Origin: Longimicrobiales bacterium
GTDB taxonomy: Bacteria; Gemmatimonadota; Gemmatimonadetes; Longimicrobiales; RSA9
DNA length: 64,000 bases
Assembly (NCBI GenBank): GCA_036374995.1
Contig: DASUSS010000077.1
Span: 2,352-66,351 of the forward strand
Reading direction: 5' to 3'
Part shown: one piece after another, positions 36,453 to 49,722 of the stretch
Numbering within the stretch: the first letter of the stretch is position 1
Layout: each line of letters opens with the position of its first letter
Position numbers and translations under genes: made by a program
Notes under the pieces: generated by a model
Told to the model about the DNA's origin: nothing
What the model saw: only the letters and a program-made list of their open reading frames with translations
Databases searched by the model: none

Positions 36453-37505
36453 ATGGAGAAGCGGCTGCTGGAGGAGGCGGCGGCGCGCCGGCGCGAGCTG
36501 GTGACGCTCGATAGTGGCGCCGGCATGCACGACGCATTCGGCCGGCGCATCGAGTACCTGCGCGTGTCCGTCACCGACAAGTGCAACCTGCGCTGCGTCT
36601 ACTGCATGCCCGCCGAGGGTCTGCCCTGGCTCGGCCGCTCGGAGCTGCTGTCCTACGAGGAGATCGCCCGCGTCGTGAGCGATATGGCCGCGCTCGGACT
36701 GCGCCGCGTTCGCATCACCGGCGGAGAGCCGCTCGTGCGCAAGGACCTGCCGCGCCTCGTCGAGATGCTGCGTGCGATCGATGCTATCGATGACATCGCG
36801 CTGTCCACCAATGCCGTACTGCTGAAGCAGCAGGCGCGCGCGCTGCGCGACGCCGGCGTCGACCGGGTGAACGTGTCGCTGGATTCACTGCGACCCGAGC
36901 GCATCGATGCGATCGCACGGCGACCCGGCTCGCACACCGCGATCCTGGCCGGTCTCGACGCCGCCGAGGATGCCGGCTTCGCACCGATCAAGGTGAACAC
37001 GGTGATCATGCGCGGCCGCAACGACGATGAGCTCGAGGCGTTCGCGCGCATCACGCTCGAGCGGCCGTGGCACGTCCGCTTCATCGAGGTCATGCCCGTC
37101 GCCGACAACACGGACATCAGTGCCGCCGAGTTCGTGTCGGCACTCGAGATGCTCGACCGCCTGCGCTGCATCGGCCAGCTGCGACCCGTCACGGGTCCGC
37201 GCGGCAACGGGCCGGCGACCTACTTCCAGTTCGACGGCGCTGCCGGCACGGTCGGCGTGATCACGCCCATGAGCCACAACTACTGCGACCGCTGCAACCG
37301 GATGCGGCTCACGGCGGACGGACGCCTGCGGCCGTGCCTGTTCGGCGACATCGAGACCGACCTGCGCACGCCGCTCCGCGCCGGCGAGCCGCTCGAGCCG
37401 CACATCCTTCACACGCTCCGCATCAAGCCCGAGCGTCATCACCTCGTACAGGGTAGCGCTGCCGGGTCCGGCGGTCTGCGCGCGCTCTCGCAGGTCGGCG
37501 GCTGA
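36453..37505 (+). CDS. moaA: GTP 3',8-cyclase (radical SAM)
   Basis: [19 protein letters not shown] radical-SAM motif. C-terminal [20 protein letters not shown]. Confidence 0.92.
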   Translation: MEKRLLEEAAARRRELVTLDSGAGMHDAFGRRIEYLRVSVTDKCNLRCVYCMPAEGLPWLGRSELLSYEEIARVVSDMAALGLRRVRITGGEPLVRKDLPRLVEMLRAIDAIDDIALSTNAVLLKQQARALRDAGVDRVNVSLDSLRPERIDAIARRPGSHTAILAGLDAAEDAGFAPIKVNTVIMRGRNDDELEAFARITLERPWHVRFIEVMPVADNTDISAAEFVSALEMLDRLRCIGQLRPVTGPRGNGPATYFQFDGAAGTVGVITPMSHNYCDRCNRMRLTADGRLRPCLFGDIETDLRTPLRAGEPLEPHILHTLRIKPERHHLVQGSAAGSGGLRALSQVGG

Positions 37506-37555
37506 CCGCTCCGAATCCCGCCAGAAACGTCGCTTTTTCCCAGCCGCACATCGCG

Positions 37556-37584
37556 TTGACAGTGCCGGAACGCCCGCCTACCTT
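37556..37584 (+). promoter_or_regulatory. candidate promoter: TTGACA, 17-bp spacer, TACCTT
   Basis: Hexamers at 37556-37561 and 37579-37584, 37 nt upstream of the mdh ATG. Confidence 0.4.
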
Positions 37585-37620
37585 GCGTCGGCTGTCGCTA
37601 ACTATCCACGGGATCGAGTC

Positions 37621-38547
37621 ATGGTGAACAGGATAACGGTCGTCGGGGCGGGCAATGTCGGCGCGACGGCCGCGCAGGGTCTCGCGCGCCGGGAGCTCGC
37701 GCGCGAAGTCGTCATGATCGACATCATGGACGGCATACCGCAGGGGAAGGGACTCGATCAGTGGGAGTCCGCACCGATCGAGGGGTGGGATGCACGCGTG
37801 CGCGGCACCAACGACTATGCCGACACCGCCGCTTCCGATCTCGTCGTCGTGACCGCGGGTATTGCACGCAAGCCGGGCATGAGCCGTGAGGACCTGCTGA
37901 ACACGAACGCCGGCATCGTGCGCGAGGTGTCGGAGCACATCAGGCGTTCGTCGCCCGACGCGATCGTCATCATGGTGTCGAACCCGCTCGACGTGATGGC
38001 GCACGTCTGCATGAAGACGACTGGCTTCCCGCGCGAGCGCGTCATCGGCATGGCCGGTGTGCTCGATACCGCGCGCTACCGCTCGTTCATCGCACTCGAG
38101 CTCGACGTCAGCGTGGAGGACATTCAGGCGCTCGTGCTCGGCGGTCACGGCGACACCATGGTGCCGCTCGCGTCCTACACCACCGTGAGCGGCATACCGC
38201 TCGCGCAGCTGCTGCCGCAGGACCGCATCGATGCGCTCGTCGACCGCGCTCGCACGGGTGGCGCCGAGATCGTCGGACTGCTCAAGACCGGCAGCGCCTA
38301 CTATGCGCCCGCCGCCGCCGTGGTCCAGATGGCCGAGGCGATCGTCCGCGACAGGAAGCGCATCCTGCCGTGCTCCGCCTGGCTGCAGGGCGAGTACGGG
38401 CTGAAGGACCTGTTCCTCGGCGTGCCGTGCAAGCTCGGCCGCAAGGGTCTGGAGGCCGTGATCGAGGTGGAGCTCACGTCCGAGGAGCGGGCGGCGCTGG
38501 GCAGGTCCGCGGAAGCCGTCCGCGAGACCATGGCGCTGCTCGGCTGA
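37621..38547 (+). CDS. mdh: malate dehydrogenase (LDH-like family)
   Basis: [34 protein letters not shown]. Confidence 0.92.
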   Translation: MVNRITVVGAGNVGATAAQGLARRELAREVVMIDIMDGIPQGKGLDQWESAPIEGWDARVRGTNDYADTAASDLVVVTAGIARKPGMSREDLLNTNAGIVREVSEHIRRSSPDAIVIMVSNPLDVMAHVCMKTTGFPRERVIGMAGVLDTARYRSFIALELDVSVEDIQALVLGGHGDTMVPLASYTTVSGIPLAQLLPQDRIDALVDRARTGGAEIVGLLKTGSAYYAPAAAVVQMAEAIVRDRKRILPCSAWLQGEYGLKDLFLGVPCKLGRKGLEAVIEVELTSEERAALGRSAEAVRETMALLG

Positions 38548-38570
38548 CGACCGCGACGGACGGAGCCATC

Positions 38571-39254
38571 ATGCGCCGGATCATCTCGCTCTCGGACTCG
38601 ACCGTCGGCAAGAAGATCATCATGGCCACGACGGGGCTGATCCTGATCGGCTTCGTCGTCTTCCACATGCTCGGCAACCTGAAGGTCTACCAGGGCGCCG
38701 AGGCGTTCAACCACTACGCCGAGGGACTGCGCACGTTCGGCGATCCGTTCTTCGGCCGCGGCCAGCTGCTCTGGCTCCTGCGCATCGTGCTGCTCGCTGC
38801 CGTCATCATCCACATTGTCGCCGCGACTCAGCTGACGATCCGGAGCCGGCGGGCACGCCCGGTCGGCTACACGAAGTACGATGACGACCTGGCCTTCAGC
38901 TACGCGTCCCGCACGATGGTGTGGGGCGGGCTCATCATCCTCGCCTTCGTCATCTACCACCTGATGCACCTGACGTTCGGCAACGTCCATCCGAGCTTCG
39001 TCGAGGGTGACGCCTATCACAACTTCGTTGCCGGTTTCGAGAGCTGGCCGGTCTCGATCGCCTATGTGCTCGTCATGATTCCGCTCGGATTCCACCTGTA
39101 TCACGGATTCTGGAGCATGCTGCACTCGTTCGGAGCGACGAATCCGAAGTTCAACCACCTGCGACGGCCGATCGCCGCTGTGCTCGCGCTCGGCGTGGTG
39201 CTTCCCAACATCTCCTTCCCGGTCGCCGTGCTGACCGGTCTCATCGGATACTGA
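38571..39254 (+). CDS. sdhC: succinate dehydrogenase cytochrome b subunit (b558-type, single membrane anchor)
   Basis: 5-TM protein, STVGKKIIMATTGLILIGFVVFHMLGNL..., His ligands in the TM helices. In-frame ATG at 38571 with GGAG upstream. Confidence 0.85.
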   Translation: MRRIISLSDSTVGKKIIMATTGLILIGFVVFHMLGNLKVYQGAEAFNHYAEGLRTFGDPFFGRGQLLWLLRIVLLAAVIIHIVAATQLTIRSRRARPVGYTKYDDDLAFSYASRTMVWGGLIILAFVIYHLMHLTFGNVHPSFVEGDAYHNFVAGFESWPVSIAYVLVMIPLGFHLYHGFWSMLHSFGATNPKFNHLRRPIAAVLALGVVLPNISFPVAVLTGLIGY

Positions 39255-39263
39255 GGCGCCGAC

Positions 39264-41177
<1,914 letters not shown>

Positions 41178-41180
41178 GCA

Positions 41181-41235
41181 CTGGCTCCGTGGCTCCGCAG
41201 CCCGGAGCCCGCGGAGCCACGGAGCCACGGAGCAG
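41181..41235. repeat. inverted pair of tandem CACGGAGC octamers (17-bp perfect inverted repeat, 12-nt spacer) between sdhA and sdhB
   Basis: The reverse complement of CTGGCTCCGTGGCTCCGC (41181-41198) matches GCGGAGCCACGGAGCCA (41211-41227). A third octamer copy extends to about 41235 and contains the likely sdhB RBS GGAG. Confidence 0.7.
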
Positions 41236-41239
41236 CGAA

Positions 41240-41992
41240 GTGAATCTGAAACTCCACGTATGGCGGCAGGTCGGGCCGGACCAGACGGGCCGGTTCGAGG
41301 AGTACCTGGCGGAGAACGTGTCCGAACACATGTCCTTCCTCGAGATGCTCGATGTCGTCAACGAGCGGCTCATCGGGGAGGGGAAGGAGCCGATCGCGTT
41401 CGATCACGACTGCCGCGAGGGCATCTGCGGGTCGTGCGGGTTCATGATCAACGGCGAGCCACACGGGCCGCTCCCGCGCACGACCGTCTGCCAGCTCCAC
41501 ATGCGCCACTACCGGGATGGTGACGAGCTGTGGATCGAGCCGTGGCGCGCGAAGGCGTTCCCCGTCCTGCGCGACCTGGTCGTCGACCGCACCGCATTCG
41601 ACCGCATCATCCAGGCGGGCGGCTACATCTCCGTCCGGACGGGCAGCGCGCCGGAAGCCAACATGATCCCGGTGCCCAAGGAGAACGCCGATCTCGCGAT
41701 GGACGCCGCGGAGTGCATTGCCTGCGGCGCGTGCGTGGCCGCGTGCCCCAACGCGTCCGCCATGCTGTTCACGGCGTCCAAGGTCACACACCTGGGCGTA
41801 CTGCCGCAGGGCCAGCCGGAGCGGTTCACCCGCGTGGTCGAGATGGTGCACGTGCACGATGGCGAAGGGTTCGGTCACTGCACCACGCACGGAGCGTGCG
41901 AGACGGCGTGCCCGAAGGGGATCAAGGTCGACTACATCGCGCGGCTGAACGGAGATCTGAGGAAGGCGCGGTTCCGGCATCCGGCGGGGTGA
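41240..41992 (+). CDS. sdhB: succinate dehydrogenase iron-sulfur subunit
   Basis: [10 protein letters not shown] (2Fe-2S), [12 protein letters not shown], and C-terminal [11 protein letters not shown] start at 41240. Confidence 0.92.
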   Translation: MNLKLHVWRQVGPDQTGRFEEYLAENVSEHMSFLEMLDVVNERLIGEGKEPIAFDHDCREGICGSCGFMINGEPHGPLPRTTVCQLHMRHYRDGDELWIEPWRAKAFPVLRDLVVDRTAFDRIIQAGGYISVRTGSAPEANMIPVPKENADLAMDAAECIACGACVAACPNASAMLFTASKVTHLGVLPQGQPERFTRVVEMVHVHDGEGFGHCTTHGACETACPKGIKVDYIARLNGDLRKARFRHPAG

Positions 41993-42012
41993 GTGAGCCC
42001 GCCGTCAGACGC

Positions 42013-42567
42013 TCACAGCCGCGGCGGCGTCACCCCGACCTGATCCTGGTATTTCCCCTGCTTCATGGCGTACGTGATCTCCGGCGTCTCGTCGCCCTGG
42101 AAGAAGAGCAGCTGCGCCAGGCCCTCGTTCGAGTAGATCTTCGCCGGCAAGGGCGTCGTGTTGGAGATCTCCAGCGTCAGGTACCCCCGCCATTCCGGCT
42201 CGAGCGGGGTCACGTTCACGATGATGCCGCACCGCGCGTACGTCGACTTGCCGACGCATATCACCAGCACATCACTCGGAATCCGGAAGTACTCCAGCGT
42301 CCGCGCCAGCGCGAAGGACCGCGGCGGGATGATGCAGTACTCGGCCTTCACGTCCACGAACGACTTCGGGTCGAACTGCTTCGGGTCGACCACCACGCTG
42401 TAGACGTCCGTGAACACCTTGTACTCGTCCGCCACCCGCACGTCGTACCCGAACGACGACACGCCGTAGCTGATCACGCCGTCCCGCACCTGCGATCCTT
42501 CGAACGGCTCGATCATGCCGTGCTCCTCCGACATCCGCCGGATCCAGCGGTCGCTGCGTATCGTCAT
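42013..42567 (-). CDS. dcd: dCTP deaminase
   Basis: [12 protein letters not shown]..., [26 protein letters not shown]. Confidence 0.92.
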   Translation of the reverse strand: MTIRSDRWIRRMSEEHGMIEPFEGSQVRDGVISYGVSSFGYDVRVADEYKVFTDVYSVVVDPKQFDPKSFVDVKAEYCIIPPRSFALARTLEYFRIPSDVLVICVGKSTYARCGIIVNVTPLEPEWRGYLTLEISNTTPLPAKIYSNEGLAQLLFFQGDETPEITYAMKQGKYQDQVGVTPPRL

Positions 42568-42735
42568 CTGCTCGCTTCCCGGGGTTCACCGCGCGCCGCC
42601 TCCGCACGGCGCGGCGGCGCGTGAAGCTACGCCCGCGCCGCACCCGCAGCAACGCCGCATCCGCCTCGCTCGTGCCCGCTGCGGAGCCGTTGCGGTGCCC
42701 GCAAAAAACCGCGTTCACGCGTGTGGCGCGCGCGC

Positions 42736-42765
42736 TTGACACCCGGTGATGCGGGCCCGTAGTTT
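42736..42765 (+). promoter_or_regulatory. candidate nuo promoter: TTGACA, 18-bp spacer, TAGTTT
   Basis: Hexamers at 42736-42741 and 42760-42765, 47 nt upstream of the nuoA ATG. Confidence 0.4.
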
Positions 42766-42779
42766 GCCGCGTCTGTCAT

Positions 42780-42797
42780 TCGTGAACGAATTCACAA
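42780..42797. promoter_or_regulatory. Rex-type operator candidate: TCGTGAA-CGAA-TTCACAA
   Basis: Palindrome read directly. One mismatch to the published Rex consensus TTGTGAA-N4-TTCACAA. Positioned just downstream of the candidate -10 and upstream of nuoA. Confidence 0.5.
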
Positions 42798-42811
42798 GCG
42801 AACGGACAGGG

Positions 42812-43168
42812 ATGCTCGACGCCTACGTGCCGATCCTGATCCTGCTCGGTGTCTCGGTGGCGAACGCCGTGGGGATGGTCGCGCTGTCGCATCTGGTCAG
42901 TCCGTTCCGGCCGACGGCGGCGAAGGCGGAGCCGTACGAGTCGGGGATGACGCCGCTGGGGGACACGCGTGAGCGGTTCTCCGTGAAGTTCTACATGGTG
43001 GCGATTCTGTTCATCGTATTCGATCTGGAGACGATCTTCCTGCTGTCGTGGGGGGTCGTGATGCGGTCGCTGGGGTGGGAGGGGTTTGCGGCGGCGCTGA
43101 TCTTCATCATCGTGCTGACGGTGGGCATGATCTACGAGTGGAAGAAGGGGGCGCTCGAATGGGAGTAG
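42812..43168 (+). CDS. nuoA: NADH-quinone oxidoreductase subunit A
   Basis: 3-TM protein, [20 protein letters not shown]. In-frame ATG at 42812. Confidence 0.9.
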   Translation: MLDAYVPILILLGVSVANAVGMVALSHLVSPFRPTAAKAEPYESGMTPLGDTRERFSVKFYMVAILFIVFDLETIFLLSWGVVMRSLGWEGFAAALIFIIVLTVGMIYEWKKGALEWE

Positions 43169-43824
43169 CCGAGCGCGACATGCTGCCTACGGTACCGGGC
43201 GCGGGTGGGGAGCCGTCGGTGCTGACGACGCGGCTCGATGCGGTGGTGAACTGGGCGCGGACGAACTCGCTGTGGCCGATGCCGTTCGGCACGGCGTGCT
43301 GCGCGATCGAGATGATGGCGTCGGCGGCGACGAAATACGACCTGGCGCGGTTCGGCATGGAGCGGATGTCGTTTTCGCCGCGGCAGGCGGACATGCTGAT
43401 CTGCGCGGGTCGGCTGCCGTACAAGATGGCGTCGGTGATCCGGCGGATCTGGGATCAGATGCCGCAGCCGAAGTGGTGCATCTCGATGGGCGCGTGCGCG
43501 TCGACGGGCGGCGTGTTCGATGTGTACTCGATGGTGCAGGGGATCGACACGATCGTGCCGGTGGACGTGTACGTACCGGGCTGTCCGCCGCGGCCGGAAG
43601 GGTTGATTTACGGGATTCTGCTGCTCCAGGAGAAGATCCGCGGGGAAGCGCTGGCGAACAAGGTGCTGCGGGAGGAGGACCCGGAGCGGGTGGGTCGACA
43701 GAATCTGCCGGCGGACGTGATCGACCAGGTGGCCCTGCCGTACGGCAATTCGACGCAGCAGAACCGTGTGAGTGGACTGGTCTCGACGACGGCGATCGCG
43801 CGGCCGACGGATCGGCAGCCGTAG
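43159..43824 (+). CDS. nuoB: NADH-quinone oxidoreductase subunit B
   Basis: [38 protein letters not shown]. Confidence 0.93.
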   Translation: MGVAERDMLPTVPGAGGEPSVLTTRLDAVVNWARTNSLWPMPFGTACCAIEMMASAATKYDLARFGMERMSFSPRQADMLICAGRLPYKMASVIRRIWDQMPQPKWCISMGACASTGGVFDVYSMVQGIDTIVPVDVYVPGCPPRPEGLIYGILLLQEKIRGEALANKVLREEDPERVGRQNLPADVIDQVALPYGNSTQQNRVSGLVSTTAIARPTDRQP

Positions 43825-43826
43825 GG

Positions 43827-44618
43827 ATGACGGAGAAGAGCTTCGACGAGGCTCTGCGGGGCCTCGAGACAGGGGAGGAAGCCGGAGCGGGATCGGGTGC
43901 GCCGCGCGGCGCGGCGGCGGACGCGTCGTCGCATCCGAGTGTGGCCGCGCTCCGCGATCGTTTCGGCGATGCGGTGCTGCATCACACGATCATGGCGGGC
44001 GACGAGCACGTGGTCTACGTCGCGTCGGAGCGGGTCCGCGAGCTGCTCCAGTGGCTGCGCGATGACGCGGGCCAGCGTTACGACCTGCTGGTCGACCTGA
44101 CCGCCGTCGATTACGGTGGTGGCCGTCCGCTCGAGGTGGTCTATCAGCTCTGGTCCACGACGGAGAGGCGGCAGCTGCGCATCAAGGCGACGCTGCCGCT
44201 CACTGCACTGGAGATCGACTCCGTCGTCGAGATCTGGCGCGCCGCCGACTGGCTGGAGCGCGAGGTGTGGGACCTCTTCGGCATTCATTTCCGCGGCCAT
44301 CCGGACCTGCGCCGCATCATGATGCCCGACAACTACGCCGAGGGTCATCCGCTGCGGAAGGACTTTCCGCTGCGCGGCCGGTTCACGCGTGCGGAGCAGA
44401 CGCGCCGCGCACTCGCCATGGCCGTGGAGGATTTCTACACGCCCGACGAACTGGCGGTAACGGGCGGGGCGGCACCGTCGGGGACGCCGAAAGCGACGGA
44501 ATCGGCCTCGGAGGGCGGAAACGGAGTGCCGGACCGTCCGAACGATCCGGACTGGTCGCCGGGCACGTCGGGCTCGGCCGCGGGCGGCGCGCCGGCGCCG
44601 GGAGGAGCGCAGCCGTGA
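43827..44618 (+). CDS. nuoC: NADH-quinone oxidoreductase subunit C (with low-complexity N- and C-terminal extensions)
   Basis: Core YDLLVDLTAVDY...WLEREVWDLFGIHFRGHPDLRRIMMPDNYAEGHPLRKDFPL. Gly/Ala/Pro/Ser-rich tail. Confidence 0.9.
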   Translation: MTEKSFDEALRGLETGEEAGAGSGAPRGAAADASSHPSVAALRDRFGDAVLHHTIMAGDEHVVYVASERVRELLQWLRDDAGQRYDLLVDLTAVDYGGGRPLEVVYQLWSTTERRQLRIKATLPLTALEIDSVVEIWRAADWLEREVWDLFGIHFRGHPDLRRIMMPDNYAEGHPLRKDFPLRGRFTRAEQTRRALAMAVEDFYTPDELAVTGGAAPSGTPKATESASEGGNGVPDRPNDPDWSPGTSGSAAGGAPAPGGAQP

Positions 44619-45889
44619 GCACGCGAACGGTCGAGTACATGGTGACGCGCACGCCGGAGCTGGGCGAGGGCGGCCGGCCGGTGAGCATGCCGGTGCTGCC
44701 GCCCGGGATCGAGCCGGAGCTGCACGGCGAGCACATGCTGATCAACATCGGGCCGCAGCATCCGGCGACGCACGGCGTGCTGCGGCTGGTGCTCGAGCTG
44801 GATGGCGAGACGGTCGTCAAGTGCACGCCGCACATCGGCTACCTGCACTCGAGCTTCGAGAAGCTGGGCGAGTACCGCACGTGGAACCAGGTGATCCCGC
44901 TCACGGACCGCATGGACTACCTGGCCCCGCTCATCTACAACTGTGCCTACGCGATGGCCGTCGAGAAGCTGATGGGCATCGACGTGACGGAGCGGTGCAA
45001 GGTCGTGCGCGTCATGTGCATGGAGCTGGATCGCATCTTCAGCCACCTGCTCTGGATCGGCACCACCGCGATCGACATCGGCGCGTTCACCGTGTTCCTG
45101 TGGACGTTCCAGGAGCGCGAGCGCATCTACAACCTGCACGAGGCGCTCACTGGAGCGCGCATCACCACGTCGGCCACGCGCATTGGCGGGATGATGGCCG
45201 ATCTGCCACCCGGGTGGGTGGAAGCGCTGCGTCATTTCGTCGACACGCTGCCGAAGACGCTCGACGAGGTCGAGACGCTGCTGACGCACAACAACCTCTG
45301 GATCGGCCGGAACCGCGACATCGGCATCATCAGCGGCGCGGATGCGCTGAACTACGGCCTGACCGGTCCGAACCTGCGGGCGTCGGGCGTGTCCTACGAC
45401 GTGCGCCGGGATCGGCCCTACTACGACTACGAGAGCTACGACTTCGATGTCGTCGTGGGCGAGCACGGCGACTGCTACGACCGCTACCTCGTCCGCATGG
45501 AGGAGATGCGGCAGTCGCTGCGGATCCTCGACCAGGCGATCGGACGGCTGCCGGGCGGACCGATCAACGTCGATGATCCGCGCGTGATCCTGCCGGGCAA
45601 GACGGACCTCATGAGCGACATGGAGTCGATGATCCATCACTTCAAGGTCGTCATGAACGGCGTCCAGGCGCCGGTCGGCGAGAGCTGGTACAGCGTGGAG
45701 AGCTCGAAGGGGGAGCTCGGCATGTACGTCGTGAGCGACGGCGGCTCGAAGCCGGTGCGGTGGCGCGTGCGCGGGCCGAGCTTCATCAACCTCTCGGCAC
45801 TGCCGAAGATGGTCGAGGGCCATCTGCTGTCCGACGTCATCACGGTGAACGCGAGCCTGGACATCGTGCTCGGCGAGATCGACCGATGA
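44615..45889 (+). CDS. nuoD: NADH-quinone oxidoreductase subunit D
   Basis: NIGPQHPATHGVLRL, HLLWIGT, and a C-terminal ...VLGEIDR. GTGA overlap with nuoC. RBS GGAGGAG. Confidence 0.94.
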   Translation: MSTRTVEYMVTRTPELGEGGRPVSMPVLPPGIEPELHGEHMLINIGPQHPATHGVLRLVLELDGETVVKCTPHIGYLHSSFEKLGEYRTWNQVIPLTDRMDYLAPLIYNCAYAMAVEKLMGIDVTERCKVVRVMCMELDRIFSHLLWIGTTAIDIGAFTVFLWTFQERERIYNLHEALTGARITTSATRIGGMMADLPPGWVEALRHFVDTLPKTLDEVETLLTHNNLWIGRNRDIGIISGADALNYGLTGPNLRASGVSYDVRRDRPYYDYESYDFDVVVGEHGDCYDRYLVRMEEMRQSLRILDQAIGRLPGGPINVDDPRVILPGKTDLMSDMESMIHHFKVVMNGVQAPVGESWYSVESSKGELGMYVVSDGGSKPVRWRVRGPSFINLSALPKMVEGHLLSDVITVNASLDIVLGEIDR

Positions 45890-45935
45890 CCGGATCCGCG
45901 TGTCCCGGCTCGGAGAGGGAGAGAAGGCGTACCTG

Positions 45936-46799
45936 ATGGCTGAGCAGAAGACACCGGTCCTCGGCAATCCCGGCTTTGCGGGTGAGACGGGCGAGTTCGA
46001 GCACCTGACGGAGGCGGACGTGCGCGGCACGGCCTACGTCGGCCGTCGTCCGCCGGAGGGTCGCGACGCTGGCGGCGCGGCGTCGTACGCGTACCAGCTG
46101 GCGTCGAAGGATCCGGGAGCGCGGCTGTTCGAGGGGCCGTACCGCGAGCGTGCCGAGAAGATCAAGTCCCGGTACCCGGAGCCACAGGGCGCACTGCTGC
46201 CGCTGCTGAATCTCGCGCAGGAGATCCGCGGCCACGTGGACGCGGAAGCGATGGCGCTCGTCGCGGAAGAGCTGGGATTGTCGCCGACGTACGTCAGGGG
46301 CGTCGCCACGTTCTACACGATGTACAACATGCAGCCGGTCGGCGACTACCTGATCCAGGTGTGCACGAACGTGGCGTGCAATCTGTGCGGCGCTGATGAC
46401 GTGATGGATGCGTTCGTCCGCGGCGTCGGTGCGGAGGCGGGCGAGATCAGCTTCGACCGTGCGTTCACCGTCATCGAGGCGGAGTGTCTGGGAGCGTGCG
46501 GGTTCCCGACTGCGGTGCAGATCAACGAGCGCTACTTCGAGAACGTGACGCCCGCAGAGGTACCGCACATCCTCGAGCGGCTGCGCGCGGAGCGACCGAT
46601 CCGCAGGCGGGAGCCGTCGCGCGAGGAGGCCGCCCCGGTCCCGGCGGAAGGCGAGCCGGTCCCGGTACCGGAGGATCCCGGCTCGCCGGGCCGGACGACG
46701 GGGCCGGAATCGAATCCGTATGCGGGCGGTGACCGGACTCCGCCGGCGGCGTCGCGTCCGCCGGCAGCGGACCGGCCTTCGGGCGAAGGACAGGGCTGA
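45936..46799 (+). CDS. nuoE: NADH-quinone oxidoreductase subunit E (with Pro-rich C-terminal extension)
   Basis: ALLPLLNLAQE, VCTNVACNLCGA, ECLGACG 2Fe-2S ligands. The GTG at 45900 is an alternative start. Confidence 0.9.
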   Translation: MAEQKTPVLGNPGFAGETGEFEHLTEADVRGTAYVGRRPPEGRDAGGAASYAYQLASKDPGARLFEGPYRERAEKIKSRYPEPQGALLPLLNLAQEIRGHVDAEAMALVAEELGLSPTYVRGVATFYTMYNMQPVGDYLIQVCTNVACNLCGADDVMDAFVRGVGAEAGEISFDRAFTVIEAECLGACGFPTAVQINERYFENVTPAEVPHILERLRAERPIRRREPSREEAAPVPAEGEPVPVPEDPGSPGRTTGPESNPYAGGDRTPPAASRPPAADRPSGEGQG

Positions 46800-48095
<1,296 letters not shown>

Positions 48096-48114
48096 GACGG
48101 CCCGGAGGAGCACG

Positions 48115-49722
48115 TTGGCCAGCGAGCAGACCGAGACCGTCAACATCACGATCAACGGCGTGCAGGCCGCCGTTCCGAAGAACCTGCGGATCATCGAGGC
48201 CGCGGAGCAGCTCGGCGTCGGCATCGCCCATTACTGCTACCATCCGGGTCTGTCGGCGCCGGCCATGTGCCGCATGTGCCTGGTCGAGGTGGAGGGCGCG
48301 CCGAAGCTCGCGCCGGCATGCGTGACACCGGTCGCCGACGGCCAGGTGATTCACACCGAGAGCGAGCGGGCGCGGGAAGCGCGCAAGGGCACGCTCGAGT
48401 TCTACCTGCTCAACCATCCACTCGACTGTCCGATCTGCGACAAGTCCGGCGAGTGCAAGCTCCAGGACTTCGTGCATGCCGAGGGGCCGAAGCACGGCCG
48501 CTCGCTCGAGCCGAAGCGCGTGCTCGGCCAGGATGACTTCGGCGGCGATATCCTCTACGACGGTGACCGCTGCATCATGTGCACGCGTTGCGTCCGCTTC
48601 ATGCGCGAGGTCGCGCAGGACGACCGGCTCTGCGTCGTGCAGCGCGGCCACCGCTCCGTGATCGATACGTTCTTCGAGCATGGCGTGGAGGGCAATCTCT
48701 GGGCGGGCAACATCGTCGACATCTGCCCGGTCGGCGCGCTGCTGTCGAAGGACTTCCTGCACAAGGCGCGCGTCTGGGACCTGGATGGCGGCACGTCGAT
48801 CTGCCCGAACTGCTCGCAGGGCTGCAACATCCGCATCGACACACGCGACAACCTGGTCATGCGGCTGCGGCCCCGCGCCAACCCGGATGTCAACTCCTAC
48901 TGGATGTGCGATTACGGGCGGCACCGCTACGAGTGGATGAACGTGCAGGACCGGGTCGAGGCTCCGCTCATGCGCGGTGCCGACGGCCAGCTGCTGGCGA
49001 CGAACTGGCAGAAGGCCGTGCTCGCGCTCGTCGAGCGGATACGCGCCGCGCGCACGAAAGGTACGAGCGTGACCATCGTCGGCTCGCCGTTCCTCGGCAA
49101 CGAGGACAATGGGCTGCTCGCCCGGCTCGCGAGGAACATCGGCACGGCCGATCTCGTGTTCCGCGCGGAGCGCGCTGCGGAGGAGGTTCCGCTGCCCGGG
49201 TTCACGAAGCTCGCCCGGCGACGCGACCTCGCCGCGAACGTGCGCGGCCTCGACGTGCTCGGCTTCGGCCGGACCGATTCGCTGCCCGTGCCGAAGGGCG
49301 GTGTAGTCATCGTGGTCGGCGACGACCTGGCCGATCAGCGGGCGGATTTCGCGCGCGACGCGGAGCTGTTCGTCGCGCTCACGTCCAGCGCGAGTGAGGC
49401 GATCCGCGCCGCGGACTTCGTGCTGCCGACGACGAGCTTCGCCGAGGCGGAAGGCACGTTCACGAACTTCGAGGGGCGTGTGCAGCGCTTCTGGCCCGCC
49501 GTGCAGCCGCCTCCGCTCGCGCGGCCGGCCTGGCAGATCCTGGGCGTGCTGCTGGCCGGCCTCGAGGAGGGCGCCACGGCGCCGGCCACCGCCGCCGACG
49601 CGTTCCTGCGACTCGGTGACTGGCACGTGGAGTACAGCGGGCTCAGCTACGACCTCATCGGCTCGCGCGGCGCGCTCATCAACGAGCCCGTCCGCCTGCC
49701 GGCCGGGGCGGGAGGCGACTGA
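48115..49722 (+). CDS. nuoG: NADH-quinone oxidoreductase subunit G (short, 535 aa)
   Basis: CYHPGLSAPAMCRMCLVEVEG (2Fe-2S), HPLDCPICDKSGECKLQD, CIMCTRCVRF, CPVGAL. TTG start with GGAGGAG upstream. Confidence 0.9.
   Translation: MASEQTETVNITINGVQAAVPKNLRIIEAAEQLGVGIAHYCYHPGLSAPAMCRMCLVEVEGAPKLAPACVTPVADGQVIHTESERAREARKGTLEFYLLNHPLDCPICDKSGECKLQDFVHAEGPKHGRSLEPKRVLGQDDFGGDILYDGDRCIMCTRCVRFMREVAQDDRLCVVQRGHRSVIDTFFEHGVEGNLWAGNIVDICPVGALLSKDFLHKARVWDLDGGTSICPNCSQGCNIRIDTRDNLVMRLRPRANPDVNSYWMCDYGRHRYEWMNVQDRVEAPLMRGADGQLLATNWQKAVLALVERIRAARTKGTSVTIVGSPFLGNEDNGLLARLARNIGTADLVFRAERAAEEVPLPGFTKLARRRDLAANVRGLDVLGFGRTDSLPVPKGGVVIVVGDDLADQRADFARDAELFVALTSSASEAIRAADFVLPTTSFAEAEGTFTNFEGRVQRFWPAVQPPPLARPAWQILGVLLAGLEEGATAPATAADAFLRLGDWHVEYSGLSYDLIGSRGALINEPVRLPAGAGGD

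Noticed and set aside
42690-42725. An A/T run with a small CGCG-TTCA-CGCG palindrome (GCAAAAAACCGCGTTCACGCGTG) as a minus-strand terminator or a second Rex half-site.
   Set aside because: The stem is only 4 bp. On the minus strand it would lie upstream of dcd rather than downstream of any gene. TTCACG with no inverted partner does not make a Rex site.
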